This document shows positions 56,401-64,000 of a DNA stretch of 64,000 nt, piece after piece (the first letter of the stretch is position 1; each line of letters starts with the position of its first letter). The notes beneath the pieces are model-generated. The model had not been told where the DNA came from. It saw nothing but the letters and a program-made list of their open reading frames with translations, and ran no database searches. Position numbers and translations under genes: made by a program. The stretch comes from an uncultured Gammaproteobacteria bacterium (lineage in GTDB: Bacteria; Patescibacteriota; Patescibacteriia; UBA1558; GWA2-36-10). The stretch lies in NCBI GenBank assembly GCA_964638415.1, contig CAZWYP010000005.1, positions 4,121 through 68,120 of the forward strand, given 5' to 3'.

Positions 56401-58875
56401 ACTGGTTAAATAATCATTCCTGCCCTGACCGTCGGAAACAATCACGTCTACCCGATAGCTTTTATCTTTCTCCACACTTAACCGATAACGATGCTCTCCC
56501 TGCTGATTGGAACTGCCGCTATAGGTGGTTAATTGCTTTTCTATGCGGTCATAGCGGTACTTCTTTCTAACTACTTTATTGATAAAATCATAATATTCCC
56601 CATCTTCTTTAGCCTCATAGCTAATTTCGGTAATCTTAGCAGAAATGGCTTTATTGACTGCCGGATCCCCTAAATAATCCTGGTAACCAGTAGCTTCCCC
56701 ATTATTAATTTTATCCAAATCAACATTATTCACCTTAGTTAAGATATCTACTGACACTGCACGACCAGCACTGTCTTCTTCATTCTCAAATTTAATCTGA
56801 CCAGCTATTTTAGGACCAAAAACTCTAACAGAAGCATAGGCGCTAATATCTGCCTCTTCGGATTTTACTGGATTAACATTAATGGAATAATATTGCGGAT
56901 AATCGCAGCCATAATAATCTCCGCTCTGCGGACAATCCTGGTATTGCGTTGGCAAGCTTAAATGCCCATTGCCAAAAATATCCGTCTTCAACTGGCCCTC
57001 TGGCTGTTCACTAGCCTGATACTTCAATTCTAAATTAGCTACCGGCGTTCCTTCAAAAAAATTAGCCTTAACATCTACCTTTACATCTTCACCGGCAAAT
57101 AAAGCGTTTTTCTCCGGCTTAGCTTCTATTTGGTAAGCTGGCTTAACATAGCGCTCTACTGTTAAATAATGAGTGCCAATTACTTCTTCTCCCAATAAAA
57201 TCTCCATACTATACCAGCCTGGCTCAACATTCTTAAGATCCAAACTACCGGAAAAAGTATTAGCTTCAGTTAATATTACCTGCGCTTGGGCGGTGGAAAT
57301 TCTTTCTAGATAATAATTATAATAGCTCTGGCCGTTAATTAACTTCACTGTCAATTCTTGGCCGGCGTTTATTTCTCCTGCTCGCGGCTTAACAAAGCCC
57401 CAAAAATTAACTTTATCGGTTGGCTGGTACATCGTTCGGTCGGTATAGAAATAAAACCAGTTATCCGGCCGAGTATAATCGTCCATTTGGAAAGAGACTG
57501 CCACTACATTAGTATAGCCGCCGCCGGTGATTTTAAGAAAATGGTAATTCCTTGACCAATCCTCATTTTGGTCAAAACCGGCGGCAGTATTCATAGTTGC
57601 CAAACCGTCATTGTTGGTATTCTGGATAATGCCTTTATCTACTGAGGTAACCTGCGCTTCGGCTATTGGTCCACCAGTATCCAGACTATTTACCCAGATC
57701 AAGGTATTGTTGGTGGTAATATCGGCATAGATTGCCAAATTATTTACCTGGAAAAAAGCCTGGCTGACAAAATCATCATACTTCATTTCAATCAGATAAA
57801 AACCATTGGGTAAAGTCTCGGGTAAAACCAGATATTTAGCATATTCATATTCTACCATCGGCAGATTATGCTCGCCTACCTTGGTTAAAGACTGCGGATT
57901 GTAATAGTAATTATCCCGGTGGTACCTGGCCCAATACGGCCATCTCTCTTTATCTTTAGCCGCTTCAATATACTGGTCAGCGCTGGCAAAAGCATAGACT
58001 GTTACCGGTACATTCTTGGATTCTTGGTTGTAATAGGCAGTTAAAGGAAATAGCGGCGGAGTATCCAAGGAAAATTCACTGAAACTCTCAGCAAAACCTA
58101 CCCGCCTATAATTACCCTGGCCATCTTCCGTATTAGCCGGCTCCGTCTCAAACCTAAAGATATGATCATTATTAAGCTTCAAATCACTGCCCTCTAAAGC
58201 AATACTTTTGTCCACCGTAACCTGGTAAATAGTGCCGTTTTGCAAACCGCCGCTGGGAACAAAAACCAAGGTTCTTTTATGCTTTTCATAACGCCCCTCT
58301 ATTGCCGGCTCAATTTTAATCTTGCCTTCGTAGTCAATAAAATTCTCATGGCTGAAAGTAATTTCAATACCGGTATTAACCGGCACATAAGAGCCTTTGT
58401 CTCTGGGTAGAGTGTTTAAAATCTTAAATTGATCCTTAACCTGAAAAGCCCAGGAATAATTGTATTTCTGCTCCTCACCCGCTTCATCCAGATAATTGGA
58501 GGTAATCTTCACCCGGTAAACTTTCTTTTGCTCCAAGGGATTTTTAGGAACTACTTCAAACTTATTCTGGTCAATGGTTTTAAAGTCAAAGTCAACTGTG
58601 GGCTCCAGGCTAATGTTAGAAGCTAATGCCTGAGGGTCCACCACATCCTTACTGGTAATAATAAAGGAGGTGGTATCTTCTACTCCAATACTGTCTGCTT
58701 TGGTAGGAATAATCTCAAAATTATCCTGAGCAAAAGCGGAGTTAATAAATAATTTAGTAAAATTGCGGGTATCCACTAAGCCCTGATCTTTAGGCCAAAG
58801 ATAAAAATAACCGGCTAATATTGCCACAATTAAAAAAATAGCAATAACGGGCACCCAGATTTTTGCTTTAAACAT
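53458..58875 (-). CDS. Alpha-2-macroglobulin-like membrane-anchored protein with Ig-like N-terminal domains and an internal Hint domain
   Basis: N-terminal TM; YTDR..YQP (MG2); F.PGEEV..., VDEA; VRDNF...PDNITSWRI; DLLPSGL; Y.ARI..PG.Y..EP. Confidence 0.9.
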   Translation of the reverse strand: MFKAKIWVPVIAIFLIVAILAGYFYLWPKDQGLVDTRNFTKLFINSAFAQDNFEIIPTKADSIGVEDTTSFIITSKDVVDPQALASNISLEPTVDFDFKTIDQNKFEVVPKNPLEQKKVYRVKITSNYLDEAGEEQKYNYSWAFQVKDQFKILNTLPRDKGSYVPVNTGIEITFSHENFIDYEGKIKIEPAIEGRYEKHKRTLVFVPSGGLQNGTIYQVTVDKSIALEGSDLKLNNDHIFRFETEPANTEDGQGNYRRVGFAESFSEFSLDTPPLFPLTAYYNQESKNVPVTVYAFASADQYIEAAKDKERWPYWARYHRDNYYYNPQSLTKVGEHNLPMVEYEYAKYLVLPETLPNGFYLIEMKYDDFVSQAFFQVNNLAIYADITTNNTLIWVNSLDTGGPIAEAQVTSVDKGIIQNTNNDGLATMNTAAGFDQNEDWSRNYHFLKITGGGYTNVVAVSFQMDDYTRPDNWFYFYTDRTMYQPTDKVNFWGFVKPRAGEINAGQELTVKLINGQSYYNYYLERISTAQAQVILTEANTFSGSLDLKNVEPGWYSMEILLGEEVIGTHYLTVERYVKPAYQIEAKPEKNALFAGEDVKVDVKANFFEGTPVANLELKYQASEQPEGQLKTDIFGNGHLSLPTQYQDCPQSGDYYGCDYPQYYSINVNPVKSEEADISAYASVRVFGPKIAGQIKFENEEDSAGRAVSVDILTKVNNVDLDKINNGEATGYQDYLGDPAVNKAISAKITEISYEAKEDGEYYDFINKVVRKKYRYDRIEKQLTTYSGSSNQQGEHRYRLSVEKDKSYRVDVIVSDGQGRNDYLTSYYYNSSYDSRGSYDYYQLRLKSQDKRDNSQFSIGEAVEFEFLKNDELLPTSDQKNYLYFKLKQGLLDYSLSNAPEFSFDFTAQYVPVVYVKGVWFDGRSYHDGSQGNYWWWGGSGGTAVKFKYSDRELKVEVEANKEEFKPGEEVTLQVKVSDLNNNPVAAGVNVNLVDEAYYDISYGGDVNPLETLYNGYISSGEITSYRTNKAESLEALADFGLGAEGGGCFLAGTKVTMADGSTKNIEDIAVGEQIMTFVSPFERKLVATEVEKTFYHVVSGYLIINNQLKVTPEHIVLLNNKWQPIGQAAVGDWLMNDHGQPVKIFSIEQSEEVAEVYNLQTKHYHTYLADGIYVHNQKSGGVRDNFTDNALFASVITDGNGQATVNFTVPDNITSWRITAQAITKDLYAGDGVSKIMVSLPVFVEGTFAKEYLAADQPTVKLRAYGDALRNGDQVRFSLDAATLGLDKTTVDGKAFEPSYINIPQLSLGEYDLTYGVEFGEYQDAVNLPILVTNSHLRKLVEENYILSPELQVKGSSDSATTLTFSDRNRGRLYRYLTHLAWAYGDRVDQKFSRVIGSQLIKDYFSDQTYVPEFEGSLYQYNGGITLLPYSDPEMELSVRTAMVAADKFDQTSLANYFYGKLNNEDSNQEEVVMSLAGLAALDEPILLVLQQFAALPDLTIKEKLYIALGAQSLGDNQLAKSIYLELIEKHGENYGEQYARINTGGDMDDILSVTALAAILAGGLNDKLHEPLWQYTVENRTKEVLINLEKLHYVANTLPNLGEGEVKFTVKVGEQEHQQTLDKGRSWRIKVSPQELASIKFSNIEGEVGLVSTYEKPLAASDATVDRNIAIARKYYVNDVETSSFKESDLVEVRVYPFISSSALQGRYQIIDLLPSGLKVTTRPYYRGAYVDCGYYYPYEIEGQQVKFSISKDWKQSRCAKDYFSYYARITNPGTYQAEPIIIQSFNVPEIMNFADSQQVTIQP
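55348..55734 (-). other. Hint (intein-like/BIL) domain, residues 1048-1176 of the A2M-like protein, no endonuclease
   Basis: CFLAGTKV start, TPEH (TxxH), VYNL, YLADGIYVHN end; +1 residue is Gln. Confidence 0.92.
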
Positions 58876-58944
58876 ATTTTTTTGGTTAATAAATACGAGA
58901 TTATTATACCATAAAAACTAACTTTTTTTAACTTTAATAAAATG

Positions 58945-58975
58945 AAAAGCCGACCAAATTAAATTTGATCGGCTC
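58945..58975 (-). terminator. Terminator after pyrD
   Basis: AGCCGA.CAAATT / AATTTG.TCGGCT with a minus-strand T-tract. Confidence 0.7.
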
Positions 58976-58980
58976 TTGAC

Positions 58981-59910
58981 TTATTGACTCCGAATGAGGA
59001 TATCAGTCCACTCGCTTAAAATACGAGTAAAAACTTTTGGCCCTTCCCTCAGTAAAGACGTAGCTATCTGCACGGCAGTAGCGCCTGCTCGCTGGAAATC
59101 AACTACATCCTGACCGGTGCTAATTCCACCGACACCAATGACACTAATCTGGTCAGTCAAAGCTTGTCGCCACTGATAAACTTGTCCCAAAGCAAAAGGC
59201 TTAATAGCCGAACCTGACAAGCCAGCTAGGCCATTAGCAACGGATATTACTGTCCGACCATCAGGAGAAAAACTCAAACAATTAGGAACGGTATTAATCA
59301 CCGTTACAAAATTTATCAATTCATTGCTATTTAACAAATCAGCAAATGATTTGATTTCTAAGGGATTAGTGATTGGCGAGACTTTAACTCCTATGAGCGT
59401 CTTCTTCGCCTGTAATGCAGGCAGCGTCCACAATCTGTCTAAAATTCGCTTAACATATGGGCGATTGAAACAAGCAATACCGTGTTGTCGGCCGTTATCC
59501 AAAACATTGGGACAACTGAGATTAATTTCCATGCCGTCAACTTTGCAAGCAGCAATGTGATTAACGAGGCGCCAATAATCATCCTCGCAAAAACCAGCCA
59601 CGCTAACAAATATTTTCTTACCCCTCGCCCCAGCTTGGTCAACCAAATTCTTTAAACATGATTCATAATAGCGTAATCCTGGATTAGGTAATCCCAAGGA
59701 ATTAAGAGCGAAGCCATCACTCTGATGATAAACATCGCCTTCATTACCTAATCTCCTCTCAACCGTAATTGATCCAATCATGACAGCGCTGGCGCTAGAT
59801 TGCAATAAATCTGAAAAATTCAAATCTCCTTCAACTTTCTTGCAAGTGCCGGCTGCATTCATCACTGGATGTTCTAATTCCATTCCCGATAAATCAACAG
59901 AAAAATCCAT
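58981..59910 (-). CDS. pyrD: Dihydroorotate dehydrogenase, class 1
   Basis: NAAG, NSLGLPNPG, NLSCPN, KVSP, GLSG, GVGGI; ATG 59910 with AAAGGAGG. Confidence 0.85.
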   Translation of the reverse strand: MDFSVDLSGMELEHPVMNAAGTCKKVEGDLNFSDLLQSSASAVMIGSITVERRLGNEGDVYHQSDGFALNSLGLPNPGLRYYESCLKNLVDQAGARGKKIFVSVAGFCEDDYWRLVNHIAACKVDGMEINLSCPNVLDNGRQHGIACFNRPYVKRILDRLWTLPALQAKKTLIGVKVSPITNPLEIKSFADLLNSNELINFVTVINTVPNCLSFSPDGRTVISVANGLAGLSGSAIKPFALGQVYQWRQALTDQISVIGVGGISTGQDVVDFQRAGATAVQIATSLLREGPKVFTRILSEWTDILIRSQ

Positions 59911-60008
59911 GTTGACCTCCTTTGAAAAGTACTTAGTATTTAATTTAGATATTAAATAAAACCGCAATAAATGTCAAATAATATAAATAAAAAAACCTCC
60001 AATAATTA

Positions 60009-60085
60009 TGGCGGGATGGAAGGGACTTGAACCCTCGACCTCCTGCGTGACAGGCAGGCGTTCTAACCAACTGAACTACCACCCC
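60009..60085 (-). tRNA. tRNA-Asp(GTC)
   Basis: 77-nt cloverleaf GGGGTGG...CTGTCAC...GGTTCAAGT...CCATCCCGCCA. Confidence 0.97.
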
Positions 60086-60146
60086 CTCATAATCATTGAA
60101 GATTTACTGCAATAATATACAGCATTTTCTGTTGTTTGGCAAGGGG

Positions 60147-60950
60147 TTAGGTTAAGAATATCGGCAACCAGTCTGGATGGTGGGCATTAATTAAGGCCAA
60201 AAACAAAATAAAATCCAAAGTTAAGTGAATGGTAATAATATAAAGCAATGACTCGGTCTTTTGAAAAATATAGCCTTGGATCAAAGCAAAAATGAGAATC
60301 ATAATCCAACCCCAGCCGGTAAACCCTAATTCATACAAAAAAGAAGTGAATAATATTGCCTGGAAAAAATTAGCAACATTAGCAGATAAATACTGCCGGA
60401 AAATGGCATAAACCGTGCCGACAAAAAACAACTCATCCCAAATACCTAAAGCATTGGTACCAATGAATAATTTGAAAATATTGTAAGCTCCAGGCTCCAC
60501 TGTCCAGTTCAAATAAGCGCCGGTATTTTCAAGGTAGAAAGGCAGCAGTAAATAAGCAATAATTGCGGTAAAAAATATATAAAATATTTCCGACTTAAAC
60601 CACTTCCGGCCATGATGCCAAGGAAAGCTAATGACCTTGCTGCGATAAATATACTTTACTACCAAATAAGGCAAGCTGACCGCCAAAATCAAAGCGATAC
60701 CCATCGCCAGCATGTGCTCTCCACTAGTATCAGTATTAATTTCCGTAACAGCCAATAAGGCTAAGGAAAAGTAAAGCAAAATTAAATACTTTCGGACTTC
60801 TCCCTTAGCTAATAGCAAAAAGACTAAGCCAAGCAGCCACAATATCCAACCGACTATTTTAATCTGTAAACCAATGAGCATTAAGCCGCTGACCACTAAC
60901 AATAGCAAGCCTAACCACTCGGTAAATTTTAATTTCTGTGCCGCCGCCAT
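60147..60950 (-). CDS. CPBP/Abi-family intramembrane metalloprotease-like protein
   Basis: Multi-TM; WDELFF, F...LYE, H...D motifs. Confidence 0.75.
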   Translation of the reverse strand: MAAAQKLKFTEWLGLLLLVVSGLMLIGLQIKIVGWILWLLGLVFLLLAKGEVRKYLILLYFSLALLAVTEINTDTSGEHMLAMGIALILAVSLPYLVVKYIYRSKVISFPWHHGRKWFKSEIFYIFFTAIIAYLLLPFYLENTGAYLNWTVEPGAYNIFKLFIGTNALGIWDELFFVGTVYAIFRQYLSANVANFFQAILFTSFLYELGFTGWGWIMILIFALIQGYIFQKTESLLYIITIHLTLDFILFLALINAHHPDWLPIFLT

Positions 60951-61714
60951 AAACTAAAAATAATTACCATCAAAATAAGTAAGAGGCTATAAATTTGCGG
61001 CCAGCGCAAACCTAAAATCATCGGTGCCGGATCCAGCCTAATGAACTCCAGGCTAAACCTAATGATGGCATAACCAATAAGGTAAACAGCAGTAATTAAA
61101 CCTGAAAAATTCTTAGTTTTTTTAACCAAACGCCAAATAATAATAAAGAGAATTAAACTAAGGACGGACTCATAAAAGAAAGTGGGATGGAAATGACTAT
61201 ACTGCTCAAAACCCGGCAGACGATTATCTATGCTAATAGGAATCCCCCACCAACCAGCTGTCGGTAAGCCATAAAGTTCCTGGTTAAAATAATTACCCCA
61301 GCGGCCAATAGCCTGTCCTAAAGCCAAAGCTGGCGCTAGCCAGTCAGCTAAAGACCAGAAACTAAGATTATGTTTTTTAGCCCAATAATATAAAACTAGC
61401 ATTACGGCAATAATAGTACCCAGAATAGACAAACCTCCTTGCCAGATAAAAAATATTTCTACCAAATTTTGGCTAAAGTATTCCCAACTGTAAAAAAAGA
61501 CATGACCTAACCTTGCTCCGATCAAACCAAAAATTATCAAATAAAAAAACAGGCTGTCTAATTTATCCGACTTAATTGCCGGACGATTAACAGCCCGTAA
61601 GGCATAAAGCCAGCCAGTTAAAATTGCCGATACCATGATTACTCCGTACCAATGCACTGGCCAAGCTGCTAAAGAAAAAATAATTGGCTGTGGTAAATAG
61701 TTATACCAAAACAT
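60929..61714 (-). CDS. lgt: Prolipoprotein diacylglyceryl transferase
   Basis: HWYG, GARL, GGLS, GRWGNYFNQE, HPTFFYE, RF..EF.R. Confidence 0.95.
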   Translation of the reverse strand: MFWYNYLPQPIIFSLAAWPVHWYGVIMVSAILTGWLYALRAVNRPAIKSDKLDSLFFYLIIFGLIGARLGHVFFYSWEYFSQNLVEIFFIWQGGLSILGTIIAVMLVLYYWAKKHNLSFWSLADWLAPALALGQAIGRWGNYFNQELYGLPTAGWWGIPISIDNRLPGFEQYSHFHPTFFYESVLSLILFIIIWRLVKKTKNFSGLITAVYLIGYAIIRFSLEFIRLDPAPMILGLRWPQIYSLLLILMVIIFSLWRRHRN

Positions 61715-62487
61715 TACTCCGCTTCCTGCTGAATAATATAAGCCAAAATCTGCTCCCACAGATCAAAAGTGATAGCTCCCGGTATTAGCTTACCATTAAT
61801 CACATAACTAGGGGTACCAACTACCCCTAAATCCACACCCTGGGCAAAATCCTGACGGATCTCTTGAGAATGCTTTTCATTATCCAGACAAGCGTCAAAT
61901 TCCGCAATATTAAAACCTAGATTCTCCGCATAACTTTTTAGATCTGCTTTGGTGTGTTTACCCTGATTAGCAAATAAAACATCATGATACTCCCAAAATT
62001 TTCCTTGATCTTGAGCACAGCCAGCTGCCAAATGAGCAGAAAAAACATCAGGATGAAGACTTTCAGTGGGAAAATCCTTAAAGATAAAGCGTACTAAACC
62101 CCCATATTTTTCCATCATTCTCTTAATGTCCGCCTGATTTTCTTTACAGAATGGGCAACCAAATGACTGGTAGGAAACAATATACAATAGTGGTTGATCA
62201 GTTCCTAAAAAAGGATCATCTTCGGTTAATAAAGAACTGACTCCCTCCTGACTCTGATGATAATCATTTTTACTAATCCAAATATTCAAATCCTTATCAA
62301 AAAAATCTCCGCGACTAAAATGCCAAAGATGATTGAAGAAAGTCAAACTGAAATATATTGCTCCCAAAAAAACCAAAACAATAATTATGGTAGCAAAACG
62401 GCCAGGCAACCTTTTACGCCAAGGCTTATAATAACTATTTCTAACTACTTCTTCTAATTTATCTTTTATTTTATCTTGTGTTCCCAT
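61714..62487 (-). CDS. Membrane-anchored DsbA-family thiol-disulfide oxidoreductase
   Basis: CPFC, QGKFW.YHD.LF, GV.GTP. Confidence 0.88.
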   Translation of the reverse strand: MGTQDKIKDKLEEVVRNSYYKPWRKRLPGRFATIIIVLVFLGAIYFSLTFFNHLWHFSRGDFFDKDLNIWISKNDYHQSQEGVSSLLTEDDPFLGTDQPLLYIVSYQSFGCPFCKENQADIKRMMEKYGGLVRFIFKDFPTESLHPDVFSAHLAAGCAQDQGKFWEYHDVLFANQGKHTKADLKSYAENLGFNIAEFDACLDNEKHSQEIRQDFAQGVDLGVVGTPSYVINGKLIPGAITFDLWEQILAYIIQQEAE

Positions 62488-63916
62488 TTTTTTCTATATA
62501 ATTTCCCATAATAAATAATTTTTCTTCCTGGAAGCTGTCTGCTAAAAGTTGCAAACCAATCGGTAAATTATTACTGTCCTGTCCAATCGGCTGTACTAAT
62601 CCGCAAACACCTCCTAAATTAGCGCTGACTGTAAAAATGTCAGATAAATACATTTGCAAGGGATCGGAAATTTTCTCTCCTAGTTTAAAAGCCGTCGTCG
62701 GAGTAGCTGGAGACAGTAAAACATCAACCTCCTTGAATACTCTGGAAAAATCCCGCCTAACCAAGGTGCGGACTTTTTGCGCCTGCTTGTAATAAGCATC
62801 ATAATATCCCGCCGAAAGAATATAGGTGCCCAGCATGATCCTGCGTTTGCTTTCTGCGGAAAACCCCTCTCCTCTCACCTGCTTATACCATTCATCTAAA
62901 GTTAAATCTTTTTGCGGACGCCAGCCATAAAGCAAGCCGTCAAAACGAGCTAGATTAGAACTTACTTCCGCCGGCATCAATAGATAATAAGCTGCTAAAG
63001 CATAATCGCTGTAAGCTAAACTTACTTCTTTAATTACGAAACCGTCATCGGCTAATTTTTTAATCTGCGCTTCTAGGCAATTTTTAACTTCCTTATCTAT
63101 TCTATCATTAAAAAACTCTTTTGGCACGCCCAGACTTAATTTCTTAGGATCGGATTTTTCTAGAATATCCAAATAACTAGGAACAGCGCTCCGAGAACTA
63201 GTCGCATCCGCCGGATCATAACCAGCCATTGTTTGCAACAACAAAGCAGCGTCGCTAACAGTTTTGGCAAAAGGTCCAATCTGATCCAAAGAAGAAGCCA
63301 TTGCTATCGAACCATAGCGAGATACTCGACCATAACTTGGCTTAACGCCAACTATACCGCAAAAAGCTGCCGGCTGCCTAATTGACCCGCCAGTATCCGT
63401 GCCTAGAGAAGTGGGAGCTAGATTACCAGCTACTGCTGCCGCCGATCCGCCACTAGAACCACCCGGCACTCTAGTTTTGTCACGAGGGTTTAAAACCGGA
63501 CCGAAATAAGAATTCTCATTAGAAGAGCCCATAGCAAACTCGTCGCAGTTGGTTTTTCCCAAAACTACCATGCCCTGATCCGTTAAGCGCTTAACAGCTG
63601 TCGCCGTATAACTGGCTAAATAGTCTTCCAAAATTTTTGAAGCGGCAGTAGCTGGCAAGTCTTTTACCAAAATAATATCCTTAACTGCTAAAGGCACGCC
63701 TTTAAGCCAATTGCCTGACTCACTGGTGAAAGATTTGTCAATTTCCTTGGCTTGCTCAATCGCTTGATCATTAACACTAATAAAGCTATTTGTTTCATCC
63801 TTACTGATTTGCTCTAAATAACTAGACGTTAATTCAACGCAGGAAAATTCCTTATCCAGCAAAGCCCGATGGATATTGCTAATATTTAATTTTTCTAATT
63901 CACTCTTTGACAACAT
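62471..63916 (-). CDS. gatA: Asp/Glu-tRNA amidotransferase subunit A
   Basis: GGSSGGSAAAV, GTDTGGSIRQPA. Confidence 0.97.
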   Translation of the reverse strand: MLSKSELEKLNISNIHRALLDKEFSCVELTSSYLEQISKDETNSFISVNDQAIEQAKEIDKSFTSESGNWLKGVPLAVKDIILVKDLPATAASKILEDYLASYTATAVKRLTDQGMVVLGKTNCDEFAMGSSNENSYFGPVLNPRDKTRVPGGSSGGSAAAVAGNLAPTSLGTDTGGSIRQPAAFCGIVGVKPSYGRVSRYGSIAMASSLDQIGPFAKTVSDAALLLQTMAGYDPADATSSRSAVPSYLDILEKSDPKKLSLGVPKEFFNDRIDKEVKNCLEAQIKKLADDGFVIKEVSLAYSDYALAAYYLLMPAEVSSNLARFDGLLYGWRPQKDLTLDEWYKQVRGEGFSAESKRRIMLGTYILSAGYYDAYYKQAQKVRTLVRRDFSRVFKEVDVLLSPATPTTAFKLGEKISDPLQMYLSDIFTVSANLGGVCGLVQPIGQDSNNLPIGLQLLADSFQEEKLFIMGNYIEKNGNTR

Positions 63917-63918
63917 AA

Positions 63919-64000
63919 TTATTTTTTAAAAACCGCTGGTGAAACCACATAACCTTCCTGTAAATTAACTGCCTGTTTAATAACCGAGGGAGTTGAATCA
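63919..64000 (-). CDS. gatC: GatC C-terminal fragment (gene extends beyond the window)
   Basis: ...QAVNLQEGYVVSPAVFKK* ending 2 nt before the gatA ATG. Confidence 0.7.
   Translation of the reverse strand, partial: DSTPSVIKQAVNLQEGYVVSPAVFKK

Noticed and set aside
58981-60085. Integrative element at tRNA-Asp
   Set aside because: No integrase and no duplicated tRNA 3' end seen in the window
1-64000. CRISPR array, IS elements, integron attC array, or genetic code 25
   Set aside because: No regularly spaced repeats, transposase or integrase; orphan-gene hairpins look like terminators without a shared attC core; conserved genes are intact in code 11 and TGA serves as a stop (e.g. 4393, 24993)

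Overview
A 64-kb, AT-rich bacterial chromosome segment using genetic code 11. Gene content and style suggest Patescibacteria/CPR (Parcubacteria-like); this is an inference, not a database result. Housekeeping content includes cysS, gap, tsf-rpsB, rpmE-prfA-prmC, rplY, rodA, dnaE, thrS, miaA, gatB and gatC-gatA, mfd, smpB-tmRNA-infC-rpmI-rplT, lgt, tRNA-Asp, a long dTTP-supply operon and a type IV pilus/adhesin operon. The main find is an 1805-aa membrane-anchored alpha-2-macroglobulin-like protein. Its protease bait region holds a 129-aa Hint (intein-like) domain and its CxEQ thioester motif appears lost. It is translationally coupled to a membrane-anchored MEMO1-family gene, which suggests a self-cleaving A2M. 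Second, about ten scattered minus-strand orphan genes share one expression layout (near-consensus sigma70 promoter, boxA-like GTTCTTT motif, purine-rich Shine-Dalgarno, own terminator), whereas several core genes look leaderless. Other notable elements are a Thr T-box with an ultrashort stem I and a hydrolase gene between it and thrS, an 87-nt leader hairpin with an anti-SD loop, a 13-bp inverted repeat around divergent promoters, and a tRNA enclosed in a 17-bp leader-trailer helix. No CRISPR array, integrase, transposase or rRNA was seen.
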